Of a stretch of 64,000 nucleotides of DNA, positions 9,053 through 17,564 are shown in pieces. Position 1 is the first letter of the stretch, and each line of letters opens with the position of its first letter. Position numbers and translations under genes: made by a program. The notes under the pieces were generated by a model, which had not been told where the DNA came from, ran no database searches, and saw nothing but the letters and a program-made list of their open reading frames with translations. The stretch spans positions 6,116 through 70,115 of the forward strand of contig JBFWOZ010000002.1 of NCBI GenBank assembly GCA_050250255.1. Reading direction: 5' to 3'. This DNA is from Bdellovibrionales bacterium. GTDB lineage: Bacteria; Bdellovibrionota; Bdellovibrionia; Bdellovibrionales; DASUEL01.

Positions 9053-10066
9053 ATGTTTTTTGCTTTAGCTCTCGCCCTCTTTCTTCCCTTTGTCGAAGCC
9101 GACAGTCTCACTGTTGCCAACCTCAACGTGTGGGCCGTACCCGCACCGGGTGTTTCTAAGAAAATCAGAGAGCGCTTTGACCTTATCCCCGACGCCATCG
9201 CCGCCACCCATGCCGATGTCATCTTTCTCCAAGAGGCCTGGAGAGACTCGAGCAAACACTACTTAGCTGCAGGTCTTCGTCGAGTCGGCTACCCCTACAT
9301 CGTGTTTGGCGAAGCTTCTTCTGTGTGGTCAGAACGCTTGGGACTTCGAGGTCTCTTTGGAAATGGTCTTATGATCGCTTCGAAATATCCGCTCAGCCCC
9401 GTGAAGGTCATGAAGTTTTCAAATTACACACGAGCTGACGAATATCCGACTTTTAAAGGTGCTCTCTACACTCGGATTCATAAGCCAGGCTTTGAACCTA
9501 TCGATCTCTTTACGGCTCACCTGGGCGCATTTACAACTGAAACTATCGAACGTGACGGAAAACAAATTCCTGATCATATCAACCCGAGGCATACGACCGT
9601 AAAGCTCTCTCAAGCCTATGAGCTTATCAATTTCATTAAAGCTGAACGAAAAAGTAGAAGTTTGATTTTTGCAGGAGATTTGAACACTCATTACTTTGAA
9701 TTTCTTAATGGAAAATACGATGTTTCTAAAGTAACGGGAGTTTACAGCGCATTCACCTGTCTTGATCGCGCCGACAACCTTTGCCTTGGACTCACCGATT
9801 CTTTTGTAGCTCTCAACGGACTCTATGGACGCAACTCCAATGTCACGCGCCCCTTCACTTACGACACCGAAACCAACACCTACGCAAAAGGAGGAGAATT
9901 TGCGACAGAACCTCCCGGGGCCATCGATTACATTTATGTAAATCGCAACGGACAACTTAAACCCGTCTCTTCTCAAGTTATTTTTAATGAAATGGGTTCG
10001 CCTGGAGAGCCTGACTTTCTCTCTGACCACTATGGACTTCTCAGTGTATTTGAGGTCATAAGATAG
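9053..10066 (+). CDS. Secreted endonuclease/exonuclease/phosphatase family protein, sphingomyelinase-like
   Basis: NLNVW, LQEAW, GNGLMIASKYP, KGALYTRI, AHL, GDLN, IDYI, SDHYG; N-terminal signal peptide. Confidence 0.85.
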   Translation: MFFALALALFLPFVEADSLTVANLNVWAVPAPGVSKKIRERFDLIPDAIAATHADVIFLQEAWRDSSKHYLAAGLRRVGYPYIVFGEASSVWSERLGLRGLFGNGLMIASKYPLSPVKVMKFSNYTRADEYPTFKGALYTRIHKPGFEPIDLFTAHLGAFTTETIERDGKQIPDHINPRHTTVKLSQAYELINFIKAERKSRSLIFAGDLNTHYFEFLNGKYDVSKVTGVYSAFTCLDRADNLCLGLTDSFVALNGLYGRNSNVTRPFTYDTETNTYAKGGEFATEPPGAIDYIYVNRNGQLKPVSSQVIFNEMGSPGEPDFLSDHYGLLSVFEVIR

Positions 10067-10069
10067 CTT

Positions 10070-10561
10070 ATGAAAAAAGTAAGAAATTATCTCTCGCAGA
10101 CAGAAGCTTTTATGGCCGGAGAATTTTTGAAAGCGCATGGAATCACCGCAGAAGTCTATGGAGCTAAGGAGTACGCCTCCTATATCAGCGGCAAAGACCT
10201 CGGCGCCTATAATTTGTTTGTTGAAGAGGCTAGCCTTGCTCAGGCGACGGAACTTTTAAAAGAGATCGACAGCGCTCCTCTCGATGCTCCCACACCCACC
10301 GAAGCCATTGTCTATTTTAAAAAGTCGGTGATCTCCGCTCTCCTCGCAATTTTCTTTGTACCCGTGATTTGTAACATTCTCTCGATAAAGAATTTGATTC
10401 TCTACCGCCAAGCCGAAAAAAATCCTGCGAAAAGGGCTTCTTCGACTTTGCTGGTTACACTTTTGCAACTCCCCTCAATGATTACACTTTATTTCTGGCT
10501 CGAGACCGTCCCGGGCATCACAAATAAGTTTCTTTCGTGGATCGAACAAATCGGGAAATAA
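10070..10561 (+). CDS. Hypothetical membrane protein (N-terminal DUF2007-like domain, two C-terminal TM helices)
   Basis: EAFMAGEFLKAHGI...LFVEE..AQATELL pattern; 3 nt downstream of the previous gene. Confidence 0.65.
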   Translation: MKKVRNYLSQTEAFMAGEFLKAHGITAEVYGAKEYASYISGKDLGAYNLFVEEASLAQATELLKEIDSAPLDAPTPTEAIVYFKKSVISALLAIFFVPVICNILSIKNLILYRQAEKNPAKRASSTLLVTLLQLPSMITLYFWLETVPGITNKFLSWIEQIGK

Positions 10562-10724
10562 CTGTCCGTCACACCATCTAGGTTGTTCAAAGAACTCTAA
10601 CGCAACGGACTGCCAATGCACTCCCGTGTTCCCAAAGATAGAAACACTATTTATTGAACTCACTTGCTTGTGTAGTCTCCAAGTACTAATCTTTTCTGAA
10701 AGAGGTTTCTATAAGGGGGGTTTT

Positions 10725-11009
10725 ATGCGTTTTTTGATTTATGGAATGATGCTGTTCGCATCGTTGAATGTCTCTCTGGCCCAAGCTCAACAATGTAAGG
10801 GTGTTTGTACACTTCAAACATTTATTATTGCGGGTAATGGTGAATTTATTAACTTAAATCTCAATCAAGCCACTGTGAAACAGTACAAATACCGAATCGA
10901 TAGTGCTGGTAAACCTGCCGACCCTAGAGAATATGAGGCTGTGTTAATGGCAGCTAAAGATGCGGCCCGCAAGCTTGAGACCAATAACATCTGTGTATTC
11001 ATAGACTAA
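10725..11009 (+). CDS. Small hypothetical secreted protein
   Basis: AAGGGGGG RBS, signal-peptide-like MRFLIYGMMLFASLNVSLAQA. Confidence 0.6.
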   Translation: MRFLIYGMMLFASLNVSLAQAQQCKGVCTLQTFIIAGNGEFINLNLNQATVKQYKYRIDSAGKPADPREYEAVLMAAKDAARKLETNNICVFID

Positions 11010-11157
11010 TTAAGCAGGATAATAGAGATTCGATGCAGGCCCTCTCGCTACTAGGTCCGCAAGGTCACATGTTTTTTTCTTCAGGCAACACCCCCCACCC
11101 TAAAAATTACAGATTTTCACGAGCTCGTCGTGCGACGAGCCCTCAATAGGTCACCTT

Positions 11158-11523
11158 TTAGCGACAGATAAGCTGAACGGTATCTTGCTGATGCTGAGCG
11201 TAGATGTAAGTCAAATCGCCAACTGTTTTATCGGCGTACTGAGTGAGATAGAATCTTCCATCGTCAAAGCTCGAGTAAGTCGTGATCCCACCAACACGAT
11301 CAAGCTTTCTGAGAAAGTTTGCTTTAATAAAAGACTCGGAACCATTGCGAGGAAAATCTTTTTTGATCGTGCCCGTGATATAGCCTTTGCTATCTTGAGT
11401 GACTTCAACCGTAAGTCCTTCTGAAGAATACTTTTCTGAGCAAGAAACCAAAACCTGTGAAGGCGCTCCAAGCGCTACTGAAGCAGAAAGTGTGAACATA
11501 ATTGTGAATACGAATGTTTTCAT
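11158..11523 (-). CDS. Small hypothetical secreted protein
   Basis: AGAGGA RBS, MKTFVFTIMFTLSASVALG signal peptide, Cys near each end of the mature chain. Confidence 0.7.
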   Translation of the reverse strand: MKTFVFTIMFTLSASVALGAPSQVLVSCSEKYSSEGLTVEVTQDSKGYITGTIKKDFPRNGSESFIKANFLRKLDRVGGITTYSSFDDGRFYLTQYADKTVGDLTYIYAQHQQDTVQLICR

Positions 11524-11677
11524 GAAAATCCTCTTTATTTAAAAAACTAAGGTTCTACCGGAGGGAGTATCGGAAAAAGCGAAGCTTAGAAAGTTGAAAC
11601 TGGGGGCGTATAAAAAGTCGTCGCGTGATTTTACATAGTAGCGATGCAAATCTGACTAAAAAGTCGACAGTCGCTTT

Positions 11678-12088
11678 TTAGAAATCGAAGGAGTAGCTGA
11701 CGACGGAGTCGCGAGCCGTTAGATTCGCCTGGAATTGATTCGACGGTTCGTTCGGGAAAGTGCTTCCGTAAAATTCGGTGGGTGTTGTTGCCGCTTTATA
11801 CACGGTGTAACTCACCCCAACGATCACGCCCACCGCCGCACCGATGGCGATGTTGGAAAGTTTGTCTTGGGGTCTTCCGTAAAAACTGAGCGTGCTTAAT
11901 CCTAAAACTGCGCCTCCAAGACCTGCAAAAATGACGATGGCGGCTTGACGACGAGGACCTGATTTGGGAACGCCTGGAAGTTGGCTTTGATTCTGCGCAA
12001 AAGCCGGCAAAGAAAGACTCATGATCATCATCACCACAAGAGTGGCGCGACTGAAATAACCTCTTTGATTCCCTTGCTTTTTGATCAC
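11678..12088 (-). CDS. Hypothetical membrane/exported protein with glycine-zipper helices
   Basis: GGAGG RBS, signal peptide, GLGGAVLG and GAAVGVIVG hydrophobic helices, terminal YSFDF. Confidence 0.7.
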   Translation of the reverse strand: MIKKQGNQRGYFSRATLVVMMIMSLSLPAFAQNQSQLPGVPKSGPRRQAAIVIFAGLGGAVLGLSTLSFYGRPQDKLSNIAIGAAVGVIVGVSYTVYKAATTPTEFYGSTFPNEPSNQFQANLTARDSVVSYSFDF

Positions 12089-12257
12089 CGTAGCCTCCAG
12101 ACCTTGTACACTTCTGAACCTTCTTCCATGCTAAGGGGGTTTCGGGAGAAATCCAAATATTTTGTTCCACATTGGGTCTAAGAAATGGTACCCCATAAGG
12201 TCTATGACAGGTTCCAGATGGTTATCACCTTACGCGAACAAATTAGCGGGAGAAGCC

Positions 12258-13082
12258 GTGAAATTTCAATCAGGTAGCTCTTCTTCGACATCCGATTCCC
12301 AGGTCGAAGGGCTTGTCGAACATCTCGCAAAAGAAGTCATGAAAAAGTTGGGTGGCAGCACCCCGGCCGTCGAAGAAAAATCCACAGCTCCCGAAGGCGC
12401 AATTAATCTTCAGCCTTCTCAGCTTGCGGGTTACATCGATCACACCTTACTCAAACCAGATGCAACAGCCGATCAGATTCGCACACTTTGCGAAGAAGCC
12501 GCTCAATACCACTTTGCCACTGTCTGTGTGAATTCCAGTAACGTACGGTTAGCCGCGGAACTTTTAAAAAATTCTACGGTGAAGCCGATCGCGGTTGTGG
12601 GCTTTCCTCTTGGTGCCTCTACACCGAAAGCCAAAGCCTTCGAAACGCTTGAGGCCATTCGTAACGGCGCTCAAGAAATTGATACTGTGGTGAACATTGG
12701 CGCGCTTAAAAGCAAAGACTACAAAACGGTCGGTGACGACATTCGTGCGGTGGTTGAGGCTGCGGGATCTATTCCTGTAAAAGTGATTCTCGAAACTAGC
12801 CAATTGAATGACGAAGAAAAAATCATCGCCTGCGCTCTTTCTGTCGCAGGTGGAGCAGCCTTTGTGAAAACTTCTACGGGCTTTGCCGGTGGCGGTGCCA
12901 CCGAGGAAGACATTCGCCTTATGCGACGAGTGGTTGGACCAAACGTCGGTGTTAAAGCCAGCGGTGGGGTTCGAGATCTCGAAACGGCCAAGAAAATGCT
13001 CGCGGCCGGAGCTAATCGTCTTGGCACCAGCAGCAGCGTCGCGATCGTGACAGGTGCCGCTCCCTCTCAAAAAGGATATTGA
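12258..13082 (+). CDS. deoC: Deoxyribose-phosphate aldolase with N-terminal extension
   Basis: IDHTLLKP, VVGFPLG, EIDTV, VKVILET, FVKTSTGF, VKASGGVR, RLGTSS; likely GTG start at 12258 (GGGAG RBS); ORF track starts at 12162. Confidence 0.96.
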   Translation: MKFQSGSSSSTSDSQVEGLVEHLAKEVMKKLGGSTPAVEEKSTAPEGAINLQPSQLAGYIDHTLLKPDATADQIRTLCEEAAQYHFATVCVNSSNVRLAAELLKNSTVKPIAVVGFPLGASTPKAKAFETLEAIRNGAQEIDTVVNIGALKSKDYKTVGDDIRAVVEAAGSIPVKVILETSQLNDEEKIIACALSVAGGAAFVKTSTGFAGGGATEEDIRLMRRVVGPNVGVKASGGVRDLETAKKMLAAGANRLGTSSSVAIVTGAAPSQKGY

Positions 13083-14384
13083 TTGGCCTTTCTCGCAACC
13101 GAGATCATCAAAAAAAAGCGAGACAAAAAAGAAAACTCTGATGAAGAGATTCAATTTTTTATTAGCGGATATTTAAAAAACGAGATTGCCGACTATCAAT
13201 TGTCTGCTTGGCTCATGGCCGTTGTTCTCAACGGAATGACCGAAAAAGAAACCGTTACTCTTATGAGAGTGATGCTCGACTCAGGCATCACGATGGACTT
13301 TTCCCATCTCAATGCCCCTGCGGTCGACAAACATAGCAGCGGTGGTGTCGGAGACAAAACCAGTCTCATCCTCGCACCGATTGTGGCAGCCCTTGATCTC
13401 TACGTTCCAATGATTTCGGGCCGAGGGCTTGGTCACACGGGCGGCACTCTGGATAAACTCGAGAGCATTCCGGGCCTCACCACCACACTTCCTCTCGAGA
13501 AATTTAAAAAATTGGTTGAGAAACATGGCCTCTGCTTTATGGGGCAAACGAAAGACATCTGTCCTTCAGATAAAAAAATCTACGCGCTTCGAGACGTCAC
13601 CGGCACTGTTGAGTCTTTGCCCCTGATCTGCGCAAGCATCATGTCGAAAAAAGTGGCCGAAGGAATTGATGCCCTTGTTCTCGATATCAAATGTGGCTCC
13701 GGCGCTTTTATGAAAACGAGAAAAGACGCGAGAGAGCTAGCAAAAAATCTGGTGAGGGTCGGTCGACGGTACGGAAAAAAAGTCACTGCGCTCGTCACTC
13801 AGATGGAACAGCCACTTGGAAGATTTGTCGGCAACTCGCTTGAGATTGAAGAATGTGTTTCCATTTTAAAAAACGAAAATGGTTTTGAGTTTTATGACGA
13901 GACTCGTGAGCTCAGCCTTCTTCTTGCGGGACACATGGCTTTGTTGGCGGGGAAGTATAAAACTCTCCAGAAAGCGATTGCGGCCTGTGAAGAAGTCATC
14001 GCCAACGGCAAGGCTTTTGAAAAATTTGAGCTCATTGTCAAAGCCCAGGGCGGAAATCTTTCGAAGCTTCCTCGCGCAACAAAAAACCGCCAAGTTTTAG
14101 CTCCTCGCTCAGGTTACATGACCAAAATGAATAGCGAAGAAATCGGACAAGCGGCGATCGAACTGGGGGCTGGTCGAAAAAAAGCCAATGACGTGATTGA
14201 TCCTTCCGCAGGCATTGAGGTTTTTAAAAAAATTGGTTCTCCGATAAAAAAAGGCGACGTCCTTTTTACGATTTTTGGCTCAACTGACGAGTCGCTTGCG
14301 ACAGCTGCTAAAAGACTTCAGAGCGCCTTCGTTCTCGGTACTAAAAAAGTTAAAAAATTAAATTTGCATTTGGAAACTATTTAA
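13083..14384 (+). CDS. pdp: Thymidine/pyrimidine-nucleoside phosphorylase
   Basis: DKHSSGGVGDK, SGRGLGHTGGTLDKLESIPG, YALRDVTGT, SIMSKK, LGAGR. Confidence 0.95.
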   Translation: MAFLATEIIKKKRDKKENSDEEIQFFISGYLKNEIADYQLSAWLMAVVLNGMTEKETVTLMRVMLDSGITMDFSHLNAPAVDKHSSGGVGDKTSLILAPIVAALDLYVPMISGRGLGHTGGTLDKLESIPGLTTTLPLEKFKKLVEKHGLCFMGQTKDICPSDKKIYALRDVTGTVESLPLICASIMSKKVAEGIDALVLDIKCGSGAFMKTRKDARELAKNLVRVGRRYGKKVTALVTQMEQPLGRFVGNSLEIEECVSILKNENGFEFYDETRELSLLLAGHMALLAGKYKTLQKAIAACEEVIANGKAFEKFELIVKAQGGNLSKLPRATKNRQVLAPRSGYMTKMNSEEIGQAAIELGAGRKKANDVIDPSAGIEVFKKIGSPIKKGDVLFTIFGSTDESLATAAKRLQSAFVLGTKKVKKLNLHLETI

Positions 14385-14479
14385 AACAGGCGCCGCAGCC
14401 CCAGAGCACCATCCTTGTTAAATGCTTTAAAAGCCACCCACAATTTAGGTCTTAACTAACGGAACAAAGTCCAGATAAA

Positions 14480-14581
14480 CTAAAAAAGTTTCAGCCAGGA
14501 TAAAATCACAGACGTTCTGCGAACCCAAGCCTTAAGTTTTCTTCGGTCTTTTACGATATAAACAATGGTTTGGTTGTTCAT
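14480..14581 (-). CDS. Possible 33-aa small ORF MNNQTIVYIVKDRRKLKAWVRRTSVILSWLKLF
   Basis: AGGAGG SD 5 nt before ATG, sequestered in the hairpin CCTCCTA-ctggta-TAGGAGG; below the ORF-track length cutoff. Confidence 0.3.
   Translation of the reverse strand: MNNQTIVYIVKDRRKLKAWVRRTSVILSWLKLF
14533..14559 (+). promoter_or_regulatory. Sigma28-type promoter with no downstream plus-strand ORF
   Basis: TAAG-N15-TACGATAT, same spacing as the pilT promoter. Confidence 0.5.
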
Positions 14582-14675
14582 ACCTTCCTCCTATACCAGT
14601 AGGAGGTTCTATTCCCTGAATCCCAGTTTGCACTCTGCAGACTGCGGCATTCGGAGAGAATGCAAAATGTATTTT
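14565..14675 (+). ncRNA. Candidate structured small RNA
   Basis: Downstream of the sigma28-like promoter; three consecutive hairpins (CCTCCTA/TAGGAGG, CAGTTTGCA/TGCAGACTG, GCATTC-ggaga-GAATGC); 5' part TTCATACCTTCCTCC is complementary to an SD+ATG. Confidence 0.35.
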
Positions 14676-14734
14676 AGATTTATATAAGAATACGATGGTT
14701 CCTGATTCGTTGATCGTTTCGAGAGTCGGAGATT

Positions 14735-14978
14735 CTAGTCTTTGAGAAGGCGGAAGATTTTATTCGGGCGTGGCGTTGTGTCATTGAGGTCAAGCCCATG
14801 TTTATCAATCACGGTGGCCGGCTTTCCTGCGCTTAAGTGCGATTTCTTCTTCTGAATACAATGTTTTCGGACATGCGGTAGCTGTTTTCTTTCCTGATAA
14901 TATCTGTTGAATTAAATTTTCTCCAATGCCGTTATGTTCAGGCCAGACGAACTGAGATTTATTTTCATAAATTTCCAT
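14735..14978 (-). pseudogene. Frameshifted, truncated ASCH-domain gene remnant
   Basis: MEIYENKSQFVWPEHNGIGENLIQQILSGKKTATACPK (ASCH GxKTAT signature) stops after 57 codons at 14805; shifted frame continues AGKPATVIDKHG then degenerates. Confidence 0.65.
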
Positions 14979-15222
14979 GTTGGCTTTTTACCAAATTTTA
15001 AATTTGTTTGTCCTTAAGCTAATCCAAACAGACCACTATTAAGAAATTTCGTCTTCAGAAATTAGTTACTGTATAACTTAATTAAACATTGTTTACCCGC
15101 CTGTCTTGCGACAGGCTTTGGTTAAGATAAAACCACTCTCTTGTGCGGCGCACAAAAAACCTTGGAAGCCCCGAAAAAGAGATGTTTTGCAATTTTCGCC
15201 TTTTTATGAACTAAATAGCCCC

Positions 15223-16050
15223 ATGGTTCACGAACGGCTCCAAGAGAGCGCTGCCTACATTAAATCTCAAACCAATCTCAAGCCTCGAGTTGGAATTATT
15301 TTGGGATCTGGATTTATTAATTTCGCTTCGCAGATTAAAGAAGAGGCGCGGATTCTTTTTGATGAAATTCCAAATTTCTTGCCTACTTCTAGCGACAGCA
15401 ATAATCCAGGTATGTTGATTTTGGGACGCGTGAATGATGTACCCGTAGCGGCACTCATTGGGCGGCTTCATTTTTATGAAGGTCACTCCATGGAGCGCGT
15501 GGTATTTCCCACTCGAGTACTTGCGATGCTTGGAATTGAAACTTTGATTCTGACCAACGCAGCCGGGGGCCTTGATACCGATATGGTTCCTGGCGATTTT
15601 ATGATTATCAAAGATCACATCAACATGATGGGTGATAATCCGCTCAAGGGTCCTAACTTAAAAAATCTTGGGCCGCGGTTTCCTGAAATGTCTCAGCCCT
15701 ATGATCTCCACTTGGTGGAACGTATGTCGGCGATTATGAAAATGCGAAATATGCGTCATCATATTGGAATATTCTGTGGTGTGAGCGGTCCTACCTTTGA
15801 AACCCCAGCCGAAGTGAACTACTTACGCTTGGTCGGTGCAAATGCGGTAGGAATGAGTACCGTTCCTGAGTCCATCGCAGCCAATCACCTAGGGCTTCGA
15901 GTGGCGGCATTTTGCTGCATCACCAATGAAGCCGGAGGCGGAAGAAATCATAAAATGCGACATAACGATGTCACCGAGATGGCTAAAAAGTCAGAAGAAC
16001 CGGTGAAAGAGTTTCTCACGGAGTTCATTCAGTTCCTCGGCCGCTCCTAA
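15223..16050 (+). CDS. punA: Purine-nucleoside phosphorylase (trimeric PNP-I family)
   Basis: GIILGSG, GRLHFYEG, TNAAGG, KDHIN, GPRFP, GPTFETPAE, VGMSTVPE, ITN; ATG 15223 is the likely start. Confidence 0.93.
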   Translation: MVHERLQESAAYIKSQTNLKPRVGIILGSGFINFASQIKEEARILFDEIPNFLPTSSDSNNPGMLILGRVNDVPVAALIGRLHFYEGHSMERVVFPTRVLAMLGIETLILTNAAGGLDTDMVPGDFMIIKDHINMMGDNPLKGPNLKNLGPRFPEMSQPYDLHLVERMSAIMKMRNMRHHIGIFCGVSGPTFETPAEVNYLRLVGANAVGMSTVPESIAANHLGLRVAAFCCITNEAGGGRNHKMRHNDVTEMAKKSEEPVKEFLTEFIQFLGRS

Positions 16051-16102
16051 TTTTATCCCATGACATTTCTATTTCTTTGATGTCTCATCATTAGCTGCTG
16101 CT

Positions 16103-17425
16103 ATGAAAACGACAACAAAAATACTGATACAAAATGGCTTAATCGTCACAAACAACAAGGAAGACGACGTGTTTGTTGGAGATCTTCTGATCTCCGATAC
16201 CAAGATCCGAAAAGTTTCTAAAAAAACTTTGAAGGGTGAGTCGGGAATTGATCAAGTGATCGATGCGACTGACAAGTTTGTGATCCCAGGGTTCGTACAA
16301 GCCCATACCCATTTATGCCAAACACTTTTTCGTGGTGAAGCTGATGATCTTGCGTTGATCGATTGGCTCAGAGAAAAAATTTGGCCCTTCGAAGCGGCTC
16401 ACAATGCCACCTCGATGCGCGCCTCCGCCCTTTACGGAACTTACGAAATGCAGATGAACGGAACCACATCAATTCTCGACATGGGCTCCGTTCATCACAC
16501 GCAATCTCTTCTCGAAGCTGTTGCAGAAACCGGGCTTCGTTATTGGGGTGGGAAATGTCTGATGGATCGAAAAGGCAGTGTTCTTTCTCAATCGACCGAG
16601 GACGCGCTTAAAGAAACTGAAGACCTTTCGGTAGAGTGGGCCGAAAAAAATCCTCTGATCAATTACGCGCTTTGTCCGCGCTTTGTTGTCTCGTGTACCG
16701 AAGGTTTGCTGAAGGACGTAAGAGAGTTGCAAGCTCAGCATGGCCAAGTGGTCCACACCCATGCCTCAGAGAATAAAGACGAAGTGAAGCTTGTCCGTAA
16801 GTTGACAAAAATGGATAACGTTTCCTACTTAGATAAATTGAAACTTTTGAATCCCAAAACTGCGATCGTGCATGCCATTCATCTCACCGAAAAAGAGATT
16901 GGCCGACTCGCAAAAACAAAAACACCGATCGTTCATTGTCCAAGCTCGAATATGAAGTTGGGGAGCGGACTTGCCCCCATTACGAAATATTTAAAAAAGG
17001 GAATTACGGTGGGCTTAGGGGGCGACGGCGCTCCCTGCAATAACAGCATGGATCCGTTTAAAGAAATGCATCTCGCGGCAATCTTACAGAAACCCGTATT
17101 TGGTCCGGCGGCTCTTGATGCCCGCACCGCCTTTCGCCTGGCCACTCTCGGTGGGGCAAAAGTGTTGGGGGTTGCGGATAAAATTGGTTCTTTAGAAGCC
17201 GGTAAGCTTGCAGATGTTGTTCTTGTTGATCGCTCGCATCCATCGGTTTACACGGTAGCGGATCCTTATTCAGCTCTTGTGTATTCTTGTACCGGTAGGG
17301 ATGTCACCGATGTGGTGATTCATGGAAAAACCATTATCCGTCACCGTGTACATCAGCTTCTTGACCGCGATTTGGTATACTCTCAAGCCCTTTCGGAAAA
17401 AAAGAAACTTCTCCAAAGAATCTAA
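16103..17425 (+). CDS. Metal-dependent amidohydrolase, 5'-deoxyadenosine/MTA-SAH deaminase-like
   Basis: PGFVQAHTHLCQTLFRG, HTHASE, HCPSSNMKLGSG, GDGAPCNN, GSLEAGKLAD; nucleoside cluster context. Confidence 0.88.
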   Translation: MKTTTKILIQNGLIVTNNKEDDVFVGDLLISDTKIRKVSKKTLKGESGIDQVIDATDKFVIPGFVQAHTHLCQTLFRGEADDLALIDWLREKIWPFEAAHNATSMRASALYGTYEMQMNGTTSILDMGSVHHTQSLLEAVAETGLRYWGGKCLMDRKGSVLSQSTEDALKETEDLSVEWAEKNPLINYALCPRFVVSCTEGLLKDVRELQAQHGQVVHTHASENKDEVKLVRKLTKMDNVSYLDKLKLLNPKTAIVHAIHLTEKEIGRLAKTKTPIVHCPSSNMKLGSGLAPITKYLKKGITVGLGGDGAPCNNSMDPFKEMHLAAILQKPVFGPAALDARTAFRLATLGGAKVLGVADKIGSLEAGKLADVVLVDRSHPSVYTVADPYSALVYSCTGRDVTDVVIHGKTIIRHRVHQLLDRDLVYSQALSEKKKLLQRI

Positions 17426-17500
17426 TTCCCTCCTGGACTCGACTTTCGCCGAGCTTCAGGTGCTCTTCTTTTTAGTAGGCAAAAACTTCTCAGACTGGAC

Positions 17501-17528
17501 TCTAGTTGGAGCCGGCTTTGTTCGATAA
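17501..17528 (+). promoter_or_regulatory. Sigma28-type promoter of the S8 peptidase gene
   Basis: TCTAG-N15-TTCGATAA. Confidence 0.4.
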
Positions 17529-17564
17529 TGAGAAAGTATCTTCATCCAAAAAAGGAGTTTTGGA

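Noticed and set aside
9419..10138. 239-aa minus-strand ORF
   Set aside because: Antisense to the well-supported EEP gene
11123..11140. GCTCGTCG-tg-CGACGAGC palindrome
   Set aside because: Lies between convergent genes; probably a simple terminator or stability hairpin
11565..11600. Additional sigma28-like sites near 11570 and 59195
   Set aside because: Spacer length or -35 box does not fit the N15 pattern
14565..14700. c-di-GMP riboswitch / merRNA-like identity
   Set aside because: No GGCAAACC..GAAA..GACGCAAA-type core visible; kept only as a generic sRNA candidate
15064..15119. Cluster of short palindromes and the hairpin GCCTGTC-ttgc-GACAGGC
   Set aside because: Single occurrence; compatible with an ordinary terminator or promoter region
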